Origin: Pseudodesulfovibrio piezophilus C1TLV30 | GTDB taxonomy: Bacteria > Desulfobacterota > Desulfovibrionia > Desulfovibrionales > Desulfovibrionaceae | Direction of reading: 5' to 3' | NCBI RefSeq assembly: GCF_000341895.1 | Contig: NC_020409.1 | Coordinates: 3,152,411 to 3,184,410 of the forward strand | Length of the DNA stretch: 32,000 bases | In this document: one piece after another, positions 24,250 through 32,000 of the stretch | Numbering within the stretch: position 1 is the first letter of the stretch | Layout: each line of letters opens with the position of its first letter | The notes under the pieces: generated by a model | The model's database searches: none | Told to the model about the DNA's origin: nothing | Seen by the model: the letters and a program-made list of their open reading frames with translations, nothing else | Translations under genes and position numbers: made by a program

Positions 24250-25687
24250 TTCCCCCCTGGAGCCGTTTGGAGTGAATGGTTTTCCAGCGATCGGCAAAAG
24301 TCTTTTCGGGCATGGCTGGCAGATCGCGCGTGGCGGTCCATTTGCCAACCGGTCCGACCCCTTTGCTGAGGACGCCCCGGCGAATGAACGGGAGCTGGAC
24401 ATATCGTCCACTTTTGACCAAAAAATCGTACAACCTTCTGTCGGACATGGCCAAAGCCCATGCCTTGAAAGCCAGCGCTTCCATCGTACCAACCGGCTGG
24501 ACATTCCATTGCGAGTCACCATAGGCAAGCATGTACCGTAACTCGGAAAGCATGCGGGGAAGGTCATTTTGCACCGGGCAGATGTCTTTGCATGCGCCAC
24601 ATAATGTTTCGCCCCGGCAGAGGTCGGCGTACTTGTTCACGCCATCAAAGAGCGGCATGACCACGGAACCGATGGGGCCAGGATATGGGCCGTTGTAAGC
24701 ATGACCTCCAATCCGGCCATAGACGGGACAGATATTCAGGCACCCCCCACAGCGAATACAGGCCAAGGCCTCTCGAAATCGAGGATCAGCCAACATCTTC
24801 ATCCGTCCGTTATCTATAATGACCAGATGGAACTCTTCCGGGCCATCTGCCTCTCCCGGTTGGCGGGGACCTCCTAGAAAGCTGACATACGTTGAGACTT
24901 TCTGGGCAGCGGCTCCACGGGTGAGCAGGCGCAGGAGCATGTCATGCTCTGCTAGGGTGGCGGTTACCCGTTCCATGCCCATGAGTGCAACATGCACCTT
25001 CGGCATACTGGTGGACATGCGTATATTACCCTCATTGGAAACCAATGAGATATGGCCTGTTTCGGCGCAGGCTATGTTGCATCCGCTCAGCCCCATGTCG
25101 GCGGAAAGCAGCTTTTCGCGCAAGGCTTTGCGGGCAGCTTTGGTCAAGGTCGGGGGATCTTCCGAGTATGGTATATTGAGCTTTTCCTGAAAAAGTTTTC
25201 CTATCTGCTGGCGGTTCATGTGAATGCAGGGTGCGATGATATGAGATGGTGCATCACCGGCCAATTGGATGATGAACTCACCGAGGTCCGTTTCTACCAC
25301 TTCGATGCCGTTTCCCTCCAGCAGAGGGTCAACTCCTATTTCCGTGGAGGTCATGGACTTTCCCTTGACCACACGGCGCACATCATTTTCCCGGGCCACT
25401 TCCAGACAGTATTGACTGGCTTCTTCTGCGGTTTCGGCAAAATAGACATGCCCACCGTTGGCCCGTATTTTTTCGGCCAAGGTCGCCAGGATGGTGTCGA
25501 GATTATTCAGTGTGCGCATTCGAGCTTCCTTGGCTCTGCTGCGCAAAGTCGGGTCAATTTCTTTCCACGCTCCCTGTGTGCCTTTGCCTATGCGATCCTG
25601 AATCATCCTGATAGAAGCGTGCAGTTTGTCATCTGCAATGGCTTCTCCAGCCAGTTTGCTATATGTCTTATCGCTGTTCCGGTGCAT
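24239..25687 (-). CDS. lutB: Lactate utilisation protein B (LUD domain plus 4Fe-4S)
   Basis: CIRCGGCLNICPVY and CGACKDICPV ferredoxin motifs plus an N-terminal LUD domain. Tightly packed after lutA. Confidence 0.92.
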   Translation of the reverse strand: MHRNSDKTYSKLAGEAIADDKLHASIRMIQDRIGKGTQGAWKEIDPTLRSRAKEARMRTLNNLDTILATLAEKIRANGGHVYFAETAEEASQYCLEVARENDVRRVVKGKSMTSTEIGVDPLLEGNGIEVVETDLGEFIIQLAGDAPSHIIAPCIHMNRQQIGKLFQEKLNIPYSEDPPTLTKAARKALREKLLSADMGLSGCNIACAETGHISLVSNEGNIRMSTSMPKVHVALMGMERVTATLAEHDMLLRLLTRGAAAQKVSTYVSFLGGPRQPGEADGPEEFHLVIIDNGRMKMLADPRFREALACIRCGGCLNICPVYGRIGGHAYNGPYPGPIGSVVMPLFDGVNKYADLCRGETLCGACKDICPVQNDLPRMLSELRYMLAYGDSQWNVQPVGTMEALAFKAWALAMSDRRLYDFLVKSGRYVQLPFIRRGVLSKGVGPVGKWTATRDLPAMPEKTFADRWKTIHSKRLQGGNDE

Positions 25688-25689
25688 GG

Positions 25690-26436
25690 TTATTCCCCTG
25701 TATTAGCCAGTATTTCAGCCAGATGCAAAGCCCGGACGGTTGAACCTATACGGCTTAATCTGCCGCTGATGTTCATAAGACAACTGACATCGCACCCGAC
25801 AACTGCCTTGGCTCCGGTCTCAAGGATGGTCTTAACCTTGTCGTCAACCATGGCCGAAGATATTTCCGGGTACTTGACGCTGAAGGTGCCGCCGAAGCCG
25901 CAACATCGGTCGCTTTCGTCCATCTCTATCAAGGAAAGTCCGGGAATATTCTCCAGTAACTGTCGCGGTTGGCGGCGGATGCCGAGGCCACGGGAGAGAT
26001 GGCATGAGTCATGGTAAGTAATGCTTCCATGAAAACGGCTTCCCAGTTCTTTGCCCGGATCAGTGACACCTAAGACATCCACAAGATATTCCGAAAATTC
26101 ATAGGTCTTGGCTGCAATAGCCTGGGCGCGGCTGTGTTGCGTTGGTTCGTCACGGAAGAGGTCGAGATAGTGATGTCTGACCATATGAACGCATGAGCCG
26201 GATGGACAGACAATGGCTTCACTCTTTTCAAAAATGTCAAGGAAGCGAAGAGCCGTTTTTTTGGCTTCCTTGCGATAGCCGCTATTGAAGGCGGGCTGGC
26301 CACAACAGGTTTGGTCCGGAGGGTAGGTCATGGAAACGCCGAGGCGCTCCAGAACATGGACCATGGCATCGCCGACTTCGGGGTGCAGCGAGTCAACGAG
26401 GCATTGAATAAAAAGGGTAACGGAATGTTCTTTCAT
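25690..26436 (-). CDS. lutA: Lactate utilisation protein A ((Fe-S)-binding, CCG-domain)
   Basis: Two CCG-type motifs (TCCGQP, DRCCGFGG) and an N-terminus LFIQCLVDSLHPEVG, typical of LutA/YkgE. Confidence 0.92.
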   Translation of the reverse strand: MKEHSVTLFIQCLVDSLHPEVGDAMVHVLERLGVSMTYPPDQTCCGQPAFNSGYRKEAKKTALRFLDIFEKSEAIVCPSGSCVHMVRHHYLDLFRDEPTQHSRAQAIAAKTYEFSEYLVDVLGVTDPGKELGSRFHGSITYHDSCHLSRGLGIRRQPRQLLENIPGLSLIEMDESDRCCGFGGTFSVKYPEISSAMVDDKVKTILETGAKAVVGCDVSCLMNISGRLSRIGSTVRALHLAEILANTGE

Positions 26437-26596
26437 TATTCTGGATGATTAAGAGGTGAAATATGTGTTTGGGAGTCAGAATGGTGCACCCTTCGCCAGG
26501 AACTTGCAAGGTGTTTCGTGATGATATAAAAATACGGCGTGTTAGATGTACTTACAGGATTGTCAAACTTGCCATTGTTCATTTCAGGGGGCTTTC

Positions 26597-27559
26597 ATGA
26601 AACGTTGTCTTTTTTTTGTCGCGGTACTGCTCGTTCTGGGCACTTTTCCCGCAGCCTACGCGGCAAAACCGGTCATTGCCATCAGTCAGTTTGTCGAACA
26701 CCCGGCTTTGGATGCTGTGCTCAAGGGGTTCCAGGATGAGTTGAAGGACAACGGTATTGACGTAAATTACAAAATTTACAATGCGCAGGGCAATGTGGGG
26801 ACAACCTACCAGATCGCCACACAGATAGTGGGTGAAAAGCCAGACATGATTGTTGCCATTGCCACGCCTTCTGCTCAGGCTTGTGTCAAGCAATACGAAA
26901 AATATCCTGATCTCAAAGGGATTCCAATGCTTTTTTCCGCTATCACCGATCCGTTGGCTGCGGGACTTGTCTCCAATTATGAGAAGCCGGGCGGAGATGT
27001 TTCCGGCGTTTCCAACCAGATGCCAATGGGGAAACATCTTGATATGATGCAGCGTTTCATGCCTGATCTTAAGAATGTCGGTGTCATTTACAATAGGGGT
27101 GAGATGAATTCCGTCTCCAGCATCAGGCGACTCAAGAAAGCTGCCAAGGAACGTGGAATGACGATTGTTGAAACAAGCGTGACCAACTCATCCGAAGTGC
27201 AGCAGGCAGCCATGAGCCTGATTGGGAATGTTGATGCGTTATTCATTCCCACGGATAATACAGTGGTTTCGGCCATGGAAGTGGTTGTCAAAGTCTGTCG
27301 TCGGACACAGACGCCGCTTTTTGTGGCAGATACCGATTCAGTGACACGAGGCGCTATCGCCGCCCTCGGGTTTGATTACTACCTGCACGGTCGTCAGACT
27401 GGAGCCATGGCAATCCGAATCCTCAATGGGGAAAGGGTTGGTGACATGCCAGTTGAATTTCAGGAAAAACTTGATTTTCACGTCTTCCCGGCCGCAGCCC
27501 AGAAAATGGGGGTGACTCTCTCCCAGACCTTGATCGACGCAGCAGATACAGTTCACTAA
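26597..27559 (+). CDS. ABC-transporter substrate-binding protein (ABC_sub_bind/BMP-like family), orphan
   Basis: Signal peptide ...FPAAYAAKP. Family-like blocks IAISQFVEHPALD, DMIVAIATPSAQA, VSGVSN and ALFIPTDNTV. The ATG at 26597 follows AGGGGG. No permease or ATPase adjacent. Confidence 0.82.
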   Translation: MKRCLFFVAVLLVLGTFPAAYAAKPVIAISQFVEHPALDAVLKGFQDELKDNGIDVNYKIYNAQGNVGTTYQIATQIVGEKPDMIVAIATPSAQACVKQYEKYPDLKGIPMLFSAITDPLAAGLVSNYEKPGGDVSGVSNQMPMGKHLDMMQRFMPDLKNVGVIYNRGEMNSVSSIRRLKKAAKERGMTIVETSVTNSSEVQQAAMSLIGNVDALFIPTDNTVVSAMEVVVKVCRRTQTPLFVADTDSVTRGAIAALGFDYYLHGRQTGAMAIRILNGERVGDMPVEFQEKLDFHVFPAAAQKMGVTLSQTLIDAADTVH

Positions 27560-27627
27560 AAAAAATGACGAGGCTTCCTTGAGAACCCTGAACGTTTCTC
27601 AGGGGAGTTTATCCTAGGATATAAGCT

Positions 27628-27671
27628 GGGACTGGCATGCGCAGAAGAGCGAACGCCAGTCCCCTTTTTTT
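27628..27671 (+). terminator. Rho-independent terminator
   Basis: GGGACTGGC-18 nt-GCCAGTCCC followed by CTTTTTTT. Confidence 0.8.
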
Positions 27672-28156
27672 ATGAAATATTTTTTCCCGGTCTAAAAGTC
27701 CTTTTTCATGGTACAGGGAGTATGACGAAGTTTTCCACATTCTGACTCCTTGAATTCCTTATTATATACTTTGCCTGCGCAACTCTCTGGATGTTTGCAG
27801 GGTATAGCCGAGAGCACACTTTGTCCCTTCAGTTTCTCAGTCAAAATCCGACAAAACTGACTGTCAGTTTTTGTGGCTGTTTTTTTACGTATCCCCTCTT
27901 GCCGCAGCCTTTTCTGAATGCCATATTGCCAAGCATTACTGTGAGGACGGGACACCGGGTGGTGTTTCCCGAAACGCACAGTTCCATGGGCGCAGTCCAT
28001 GGTTGGTCGGCAGGGAGGCTTTGAAAGAGTCCTTCTGGTTTTGGCTCATTAAAAGAGCGGTGCGAGGAATTTTTAGTCCGGCGGTGCCTCTATGGTGTTC
28101 AACCCAATTTGCAGTTGACAATTTATCGAGACAGCAATATTGCGTTGATAACGATT

Positions 28157-28184
28157 TTCAATTTCATGAAATTGAAGCATGCTT
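28157..28184. promoter_or_regulatory. Two abutting perfect palindromes (20 bp and 10 bp), candidate operator
   Basis: TTCAATTTCATGAAATTGAA (28157-28176) and AAGCATGCTT (28175-28184) are each exactly self-complementary. They lie ~80-100 nt upstream of the small ORF and deiminase-like gene. Confidence 0.4.
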
Positions 28185-28264
28185 AGGATAGAAATCTCAC
28201 ACTGTTTAATGAGTTGAATCAGGATTTTATACTCCTTAGATTCGACAAGAAGAGGATGAATGTC

Positions 28265-28435
28265 ATGGTTTGGTATGATCGAGAATCCGAGAGTGAACAA
28301 AACGTGGCAACACTTCTTGAACGAATTGAGCAAAGAGTTAAACGCGAAGTCTGGTGGATGTCAGGCGTCGCTTCCTGCCTCGTCAGTGTCATGGTCGTGA
28401 TTCATGTGGCACTCATTCATTACTCAGTGCCTTAA
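28265..28435 (+). CDS. Possible small tail-anchored membrane protein (56 aa)
   Basis: The ATG at 28265 lies ~9 nt after AGAGGA (alternative ATG at 28256). Charged N-terminus, single C-terminal hydrophobic helix. Its TAA abuts the GTG of the next ORF (TAAGTG). Weak support. Confidence 0.35.
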   Translation: MVWYDRESESEQNVATLLERIEQRVKREVWWMSGVASCLVSVMVVIHVALIHYSVP

Positions 28436-29659
28436 GTGGCGAAGGGGAAGCTTGTGAGATTGTCTGTTTTTCAATTTTTTGTCTTTTTTTTCAGCCTGAT
28501 GGTTCCTGTTCAGACCTCTTTGGCTTCGGGGGGTGTGATCCATGTTCCCGAGTATGAGAATACGCTTGAAAAAGTGGTTCTTTCGTTACCAGCCAAGGTG
28601 TCTCAGCTCGTCTACCATGAGGATTTGTTGACCCGATTTCCTTCCTATACGGAATTTTTGATTTTGGTGGAGGGCACCAATCTGCCGATACTCCAAAAAA
28701 ACCTTGAAGGGAAACCATATGCATCACGGGTCAAATTGATTCCGTATTATTCAAAAAACGTGGACGAAGGACGGTATTTTACCATGGTTGACAAGAATCC
28801 GACCCTTGCCGGTGTCTTCCGAGACCGCCTCTGGCCCCAGGGGACAGTCTGGGCGCGGGATTCTTTTGTCGCGTGTAAGGATCAGAATGGTGAGCCTGTG
28901 CTCATGGTCCCGACGTATTATCGAAATATTGTTTTCCCTTCAGTCAATGTCGGGGAAAAAAGCCATCTTCAGTTCGATAATGACTATCTCAAGTCACTGC
29001 GAGGCTTGGGAGTACACATGCAAAAGAGCGTTCCTCTTGTCTTTGACGGTGGAAACGTCTTTTTTGACAATCTCGGTGGGAAGTCGGTGGCTCTCGTGGG
29101 CAAGGATAGCGTGAGAGCCTCCGTTGCCCTGAGTCGGGCCATCAAATCCGGCATGGATGAGGCTGCGATTCTCGACTCATTCAAGACGTTTTTCAATGTG
29201 GATAATGTTGCCATTGTCGGCATCGAGCGACAGCCGCAACTTCTGTTTCATCTGGATCAGGCCATGGCTCCACTGCCGGGCGGTATTGCAGCGGTCGTCA
29301 AGACCGTGGGAACAATGCCCGAGAGTGATACTGAGAAGAAACAGGTTGAAGAGGTCCGTGAATTTCTCAGTCATCTGAGAATCCAGCTGCATCAGCTTGG
29401 TTACACGATTATCGACGTTGAGACCTCCATGGACGCTGTCCTGCATAGGCGGTTTCCGAATATGGTTGTCTATACCAATCGAGAGACGGGCAAGGTGAAC
29501 CTTTTGCTCAGTACATACAGCGATGATTCAGAACTGGATGCACAGTTGAGGGAAAAGAATATTCATCAGCTGCAAGAGCGCGGGTATGTCGTTGATCACG
29601 TCAATACCGACGCCAACAGAAACAACGGAGGAGTCCATTGCCTATACAACACTTTATAA
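28436..29659 (+). CDS. Secreted guanidino-group-modifying enzyme superfamily protein (agmatine/peptidyl-arginine deiminase or amidinotransferase-like)
   Basis: Signal peptide FFVFFFSLMVPVQTSLA. Superfamily-like motifs WARDSF, FDGGNVFFD, FHLDQ and a C-terminal GGVHC (Cys codon at 29639-29641). The start is uncertain: GTG 28436, GTG 28454 after AAGGGGAAG, or TTG 28460. Confidence 0.75.
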   Translation: MAKGKLVRLSVFQFFVFFFSLMVPVQTSLASGGVIHVPEYENTLEKVVLSLPAKVSQLVYHEDLLTRFPSYTEFLILVEGTNLPILQKNLEGKPYASRVKLIPYYSKNVDEGRYFTMVDKNPTLAGVFRDRLWPQGTVWARDSFVACKDQNGEPVLMVPTYYRNIVFPSVNVGEKSHLQFDNDYLKSLRGLGVHMQKSVPLVFDGGNVFFDNLGGKSVALVGKDSVRASVALSRAIKSGMDEAAILDSFKTFFNVDNVAIVGIERQPQLLFHLDQAMAPLPGGIAAVVKTVGTMPESDTEKKQVEEVREFLSHLRIQLHQLGYTIIDVETSMDAVLHRRFPNMVVYTNRETGKVNLLLSTYSDDSELDAQLREKNIHQLQERGYVVDHVNTDANRNNGGVHCLYNTL

Positions 29660-29681
29660 CGGAGCGGAGTTGTATCGCACC

Positions 29682-30848
29682 ATGACACAGGAAGTGTTCC
29701 GAAAGGAGAATCGAGTGCTGGACAGGGCAAAAACCGCTCTGGACGACCTTCACACATCCGGAGAATCTGTGAATCCCGCTTTTTCGTCCCTTATCAAGGG
29801 GTACGAGAAGCTTCTGCGACAGAGCCATCGATTAGTCACGATGGGGGATCGGATGCAGCAGAATCTGAGCGAGTTGAACCGGGAATTGGGGGTCAGCGAG
29901 GAGAAATACCGGGGCATTTTTGAAAATGTGACCGAAGGTATTTATCGGTGCGGCTCGGATGGAAGACTGATCGAGGTCAACCCGGCCATGGCCACCATGT
30001 TCGGCTTTAAGGATTCCGCCCAATTCTTGTCAGCGATTCCTACTCTTCAAGCTCTTTTTTGCAATGAAGAGGATTACGCTCGATACGAATCCCTGCTTGT
30101 GGTCGAGAGTGTGCGGCAGTTCGAAGTCAAGGTCTGTGGTCCCAAAGGGCTTTCCCTTTGGGCCGAGATCAGTGCCAGCGCCATGCATGAGGAAGGGAAT
30201 GGGCGTCATGCGCATTTGCGAAGTGGAGTCGTGGGCGTCCTGGCGGATGTGACGGAGCGCAAGCACATGGTGGAAGAAATGTGCAGATTGGCGCGGACAG
30301 ACAGCCTGACAGGATTATGGAATCGTCGCTATTTCATGGAAGTGGCCGGGCGGGAGATAGCTCGGGCGAGTCGAAACAAGACTCAAATGTCCTTGCTTAT
30401 TCTCGATGCCGACTATTTCAAATGCGTCAATGACAATTATGGGCACGATATAGGGGACAAGGCTCTTGTTGTCATGAGTCGACTACTTCTTGATTCGGTT
30501 CGGGATGTGGATGCGGTGGGTCGGTATGGTGGTGAGGAGTTTGTCGTCCTTCTGCCGGATGCATCCCGCAAGGCAGCCTGTTATGTGGCCGAACGGATTC
30601 TGAAGAATATTCGCAGAACAAAGATTGAGCACGGCAAAGGAGCTTTCTCCATGACCGTCAGTATTGGACTGGCTTCGCTGGAAGAAGAGGAGACCTTGGA
30701 TGGTCTGCTTAAATACGCTGATATAGCACTCTATGCCGCCAAGAAAAACGGACGGGATAGGGTTGAGATTTATAGCCGGTCGGAATGCCCATGCTCCGTC
30801 GATGAAGAAGGTTCGGAGGCTTCGGCCTGCGCAGGGAGGGAGCAATGA
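29682..30848 (+). CDS. PAS-GGDEF diguanylate cyclase with intact GGEEF and RxxD I-site
   Basis: RDVD-AVGRY-GGEEF spacing matches the I-site plus A-site arrangement. DSLTGLWNRR is present, and a PAS region (EEKYRGIFENVTEGIY). I trimmed the start to the ATG at 29682, because the track start at 29586 overlaps the upstream gene. Confidence 0.9.
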   Translation: MTQEVFRKENRVLDRAKTALDDLHTSGESVNPAFSSLIKGYEKLLRQSHRLVTMGDRMQQNLSELNRELGVSEEKYRGIFENVTEGIYRCGSDGRLIEVNPAMATMFGFKDSAQFLSAIPTLQALFCNEEDYARYESLLVVESVRQFEVKVCGPKGLSLWAEISASAMHEEGNGRHAHLRSGVVGVLADVTERKHMVEEMCRLARTDSLTGLWNRRYFMEVAGREIARASRNKTQMSLLILDADYFKCVNDNYGHDIGDKALVVMSRLLLDSVRDVDAVGRYGGEEFVVLLPDASRKAACYVAERILKNIRRTKIEHGKGAFSMTVSIGLASLEEEETLDGLLKYADIALYAAKKNGRDRVEIYSRSECPCSVDEEGSEASACAGREQ

Positions 30849-32000
30849 GCTTCATGATCGGTCTGGTGGATTCCCTGCTCAATTGGAGTGTCGAACGGAA
30901 AATGGTTGTCCTGCTTCTGCTTGGCATTGTCCTTTTCCCTTTGACGACACTGCTCATATTACAGTCTCAGGGGGCGCAACTTGCCACGAATTTTTTGGTG
31001 GGACTTTTGGCAGTGGCCATTATAACTTTAGTTCCTTTTGCCAAGATGATCAGTCACCTCGTTGCTCTGCGCAGTATCAAGGAGTTGAATGACCAGTGCA
31101 AATTGCTAAAGCGGGGAGACTATGCCCATGTCGACCTGCCTGCCGGGGATGATGAAGGGCATGATTTTCTGACTCTCAAGCGAAATATGCACTGGATGGG
31201 CTACACTATTGCCACCCGTGAGCAACGGTTGCAGTCGGCCATGAAAGATCTGGCCGTGGCCCAGCGTCAAATTGGTGAAAGCCTCGATTATGCCAGCTTG
31301 ATTCAGACCTCGTTTTTACCGGATCGGGAAGCTTTTTCCGAATTGTTGCCGGAACATTTTCTCATCTGGAGTCAGCGGGACAAGGTCGGTGGAGATTCCT
31401 ATTGGTTCAAGCAGTCCGGCGATGGTTTTTTTCTCGGTGTCATTGATTGTACCGGCCATGGTGTGCCGGGTGCGTTCATGACTCTGATTGTCCACTCCCT
31501 GCTGGAAGAGGCCATGGATGGCGACCCTGAGAGTCCCGCGATAATTCTCAGCCGCATGAATCAGCTTATCAAGGATGCCCTGAAACAGCACAAGAAGGGT
31601 GCCATGTCTGATGACGGTATGGACTGCACCTTGTGCCACCTTGATCCCAAGACAGGAAAACTCCTTTTCGCAGGAGCGAACAACCCGCTGTTTATCGTTG
31701 AAAAAGATGAGGTCAGATCAATCAAGGGTGACCGTTGTGGGCTTGGGTACATCCGGTCTCCTCGCGATTTCTCTTTCACTGATGTCGAGATGTCACTGGC
31801 CCCCGGAACCCGTGTGTATATGGCGACGGATGGTATCGTTGACCAGGTTGGGGGAGACAAAGGGTTTCCGTTTGGTAAGCGGAGATTCATGGATTTCATC
31901 AAACAAACCCGGCAGCTCCCCATGGAGCAGCAGGGAAGCGCATTAATGCGTTTATTTGCCGATTATCAGGGTGAGCAGACACGTCGGGACGATGTCACTG
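30845..32000 (+). CDS. Membrane HAMP-PP2C/SpoIIE (RsbU-like) serine phosphatase, 3'-truncated by window end
   Basis: Absent from the supplied ORF track because there is no stop inside the window. I translated it by hand from the ATG at 30845, which overlaps the GGDEF stop (ATGA). Two TM helices, a HAMP-like segment, then GGDSYWF, VIDCTGHGVPGAFM, DDGMDC, ATDGIVDQ and RRDDVT. Confidence 0.88.
   Translation, partial: MSFMIGLVDSLLNWSVERKMVVLLLLGIVLFPLTTLLILQSQGAQLATNFLVGLLAVAIITLVPFAKMISHLVALRSIKELNDQCKLLKRGDYAHVDLPAGDDEGHDFLTLKRNMHWMGYTIATREQRLQSAMKDLAVAQRQIGESLDYASLIQTSFLPDREAFSELLPEHFLIWSQRDKVGGDSYWFKQSGDGFFLGVIDCTGHGVPGAFMTLIVHSLLEEAMDGDPESPAIILSRMNQLIKDALKQHKKGAMSDDGMDCTLCHLDPKTGKLLFAGANNPLFIVEKDEVRSIKGDRCGLGYIRSPRDFSFTDVEMSLAPGTRVYMATDGIVDQVGGDKGFPFGKRRFMDFIKQTRQLPMEQQGSALMRLFADYQGEQTRRDDVT

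Noticed and set aside
27692-28000. 102-aa minus-strand ORF rich in Cys, His and Lys, with a faint resemblance to Vsr-type very-short-patch endonuclease motifs (P-x-SN..W...I and G..VL....C). A second-frame ORF (27936-28121) shows a P-G-x-P motif.
   Set aside because: Motif spacings do not fit E. coli Vsr as I remember it. The two supposed motif blocks from different frames map to the same nucleotides, so they cannot both be homologous. At best this is a heavily decayed remnant; it needs blastx.
1-32000. Scan for CRISPR arrays, tRNA/rRNA genes, IS elements, integrases, toxin-antitoxin pairs or known defence-system components.
   Set aside because: I saw no regularly spaced direct repeats, no cloverleaf-like or rRNA-like segments, and no transposase, integrase, nuclease or helicase-type ORFs. 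The only repeats are the short hairpin motifs already reported.

Overview
The window looks like chromosome from a moderately GC-rich anaerobe. Gene content suggests a Desulfovibrionales-type sulfate reducer, but that is inference, not a search result. Layout from left to right:

- (1) 117-10640: a Mo-nitrogenase cluster. Order is nifI1-nifI2-nifD-nifK, a strong terminator, a NifB-like paralogue lacking the radical-SAM cysteines, a thioredoxin-like [2Fe-2S] ferredoxin, a ~480 bp spacer with no convincing gene, nifE-nifN-nifB, an 81-aa orphan ORF and a terminator.
- (2) 10674-15346: a signal-less PsrA/PhsA-like molybdopterin oxidoreductase on the minus strand. It is divergent from a 4Fe-4S protein, a TauE/SafE-like permease and a membrane protein. 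The shared control region carries a perfect CRP/FNR-type palindrome.
- (3) 15347-15799: a structured noncoding stretch.
- (4) 16464-23413: a five-gene signalling operon. It encodes a PhnD-like lipoprotein, a histidine kinase with a Cys-rich insert in its HAMP connector, a receiver-only response regulator, a PpsA-like PEP-utilising protein, and a dual-specificity phosphatase fused to a YkgJ-type Cys-rich domain.
- (5) 23506-26436, minus strand: lutABC.
- (6) 26597-27559: an orphan ABC substrate-binding protein.
- (7) 27672-29659: an AT-rich island with ~550 bp of apparently noncoding DNA, two adjacent perfect palindromes, a small tail-anchored ORF and a secreted guanidino-group-modifying (deiminase/amidinotransferase-like) enzyme.
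- (8) 29682-32000: a PAS-GGDEF cyclase, then a HAMP-PP2C/SpoIIE phosphatase that runs off the window and is absent from the supplied ORF track.

I saw no rRNA, tRNA, CRISPR array, transposase or recognisable defence genes. The most unusual items are the dead-NifB paralogue, the kinase/phosphatase signalling operon, the secreted deiminase-like island and the cytoplasmic Mo-enzyme/TauE locus. All functional assignments come from motif recognition by eye, and no database search was possible.
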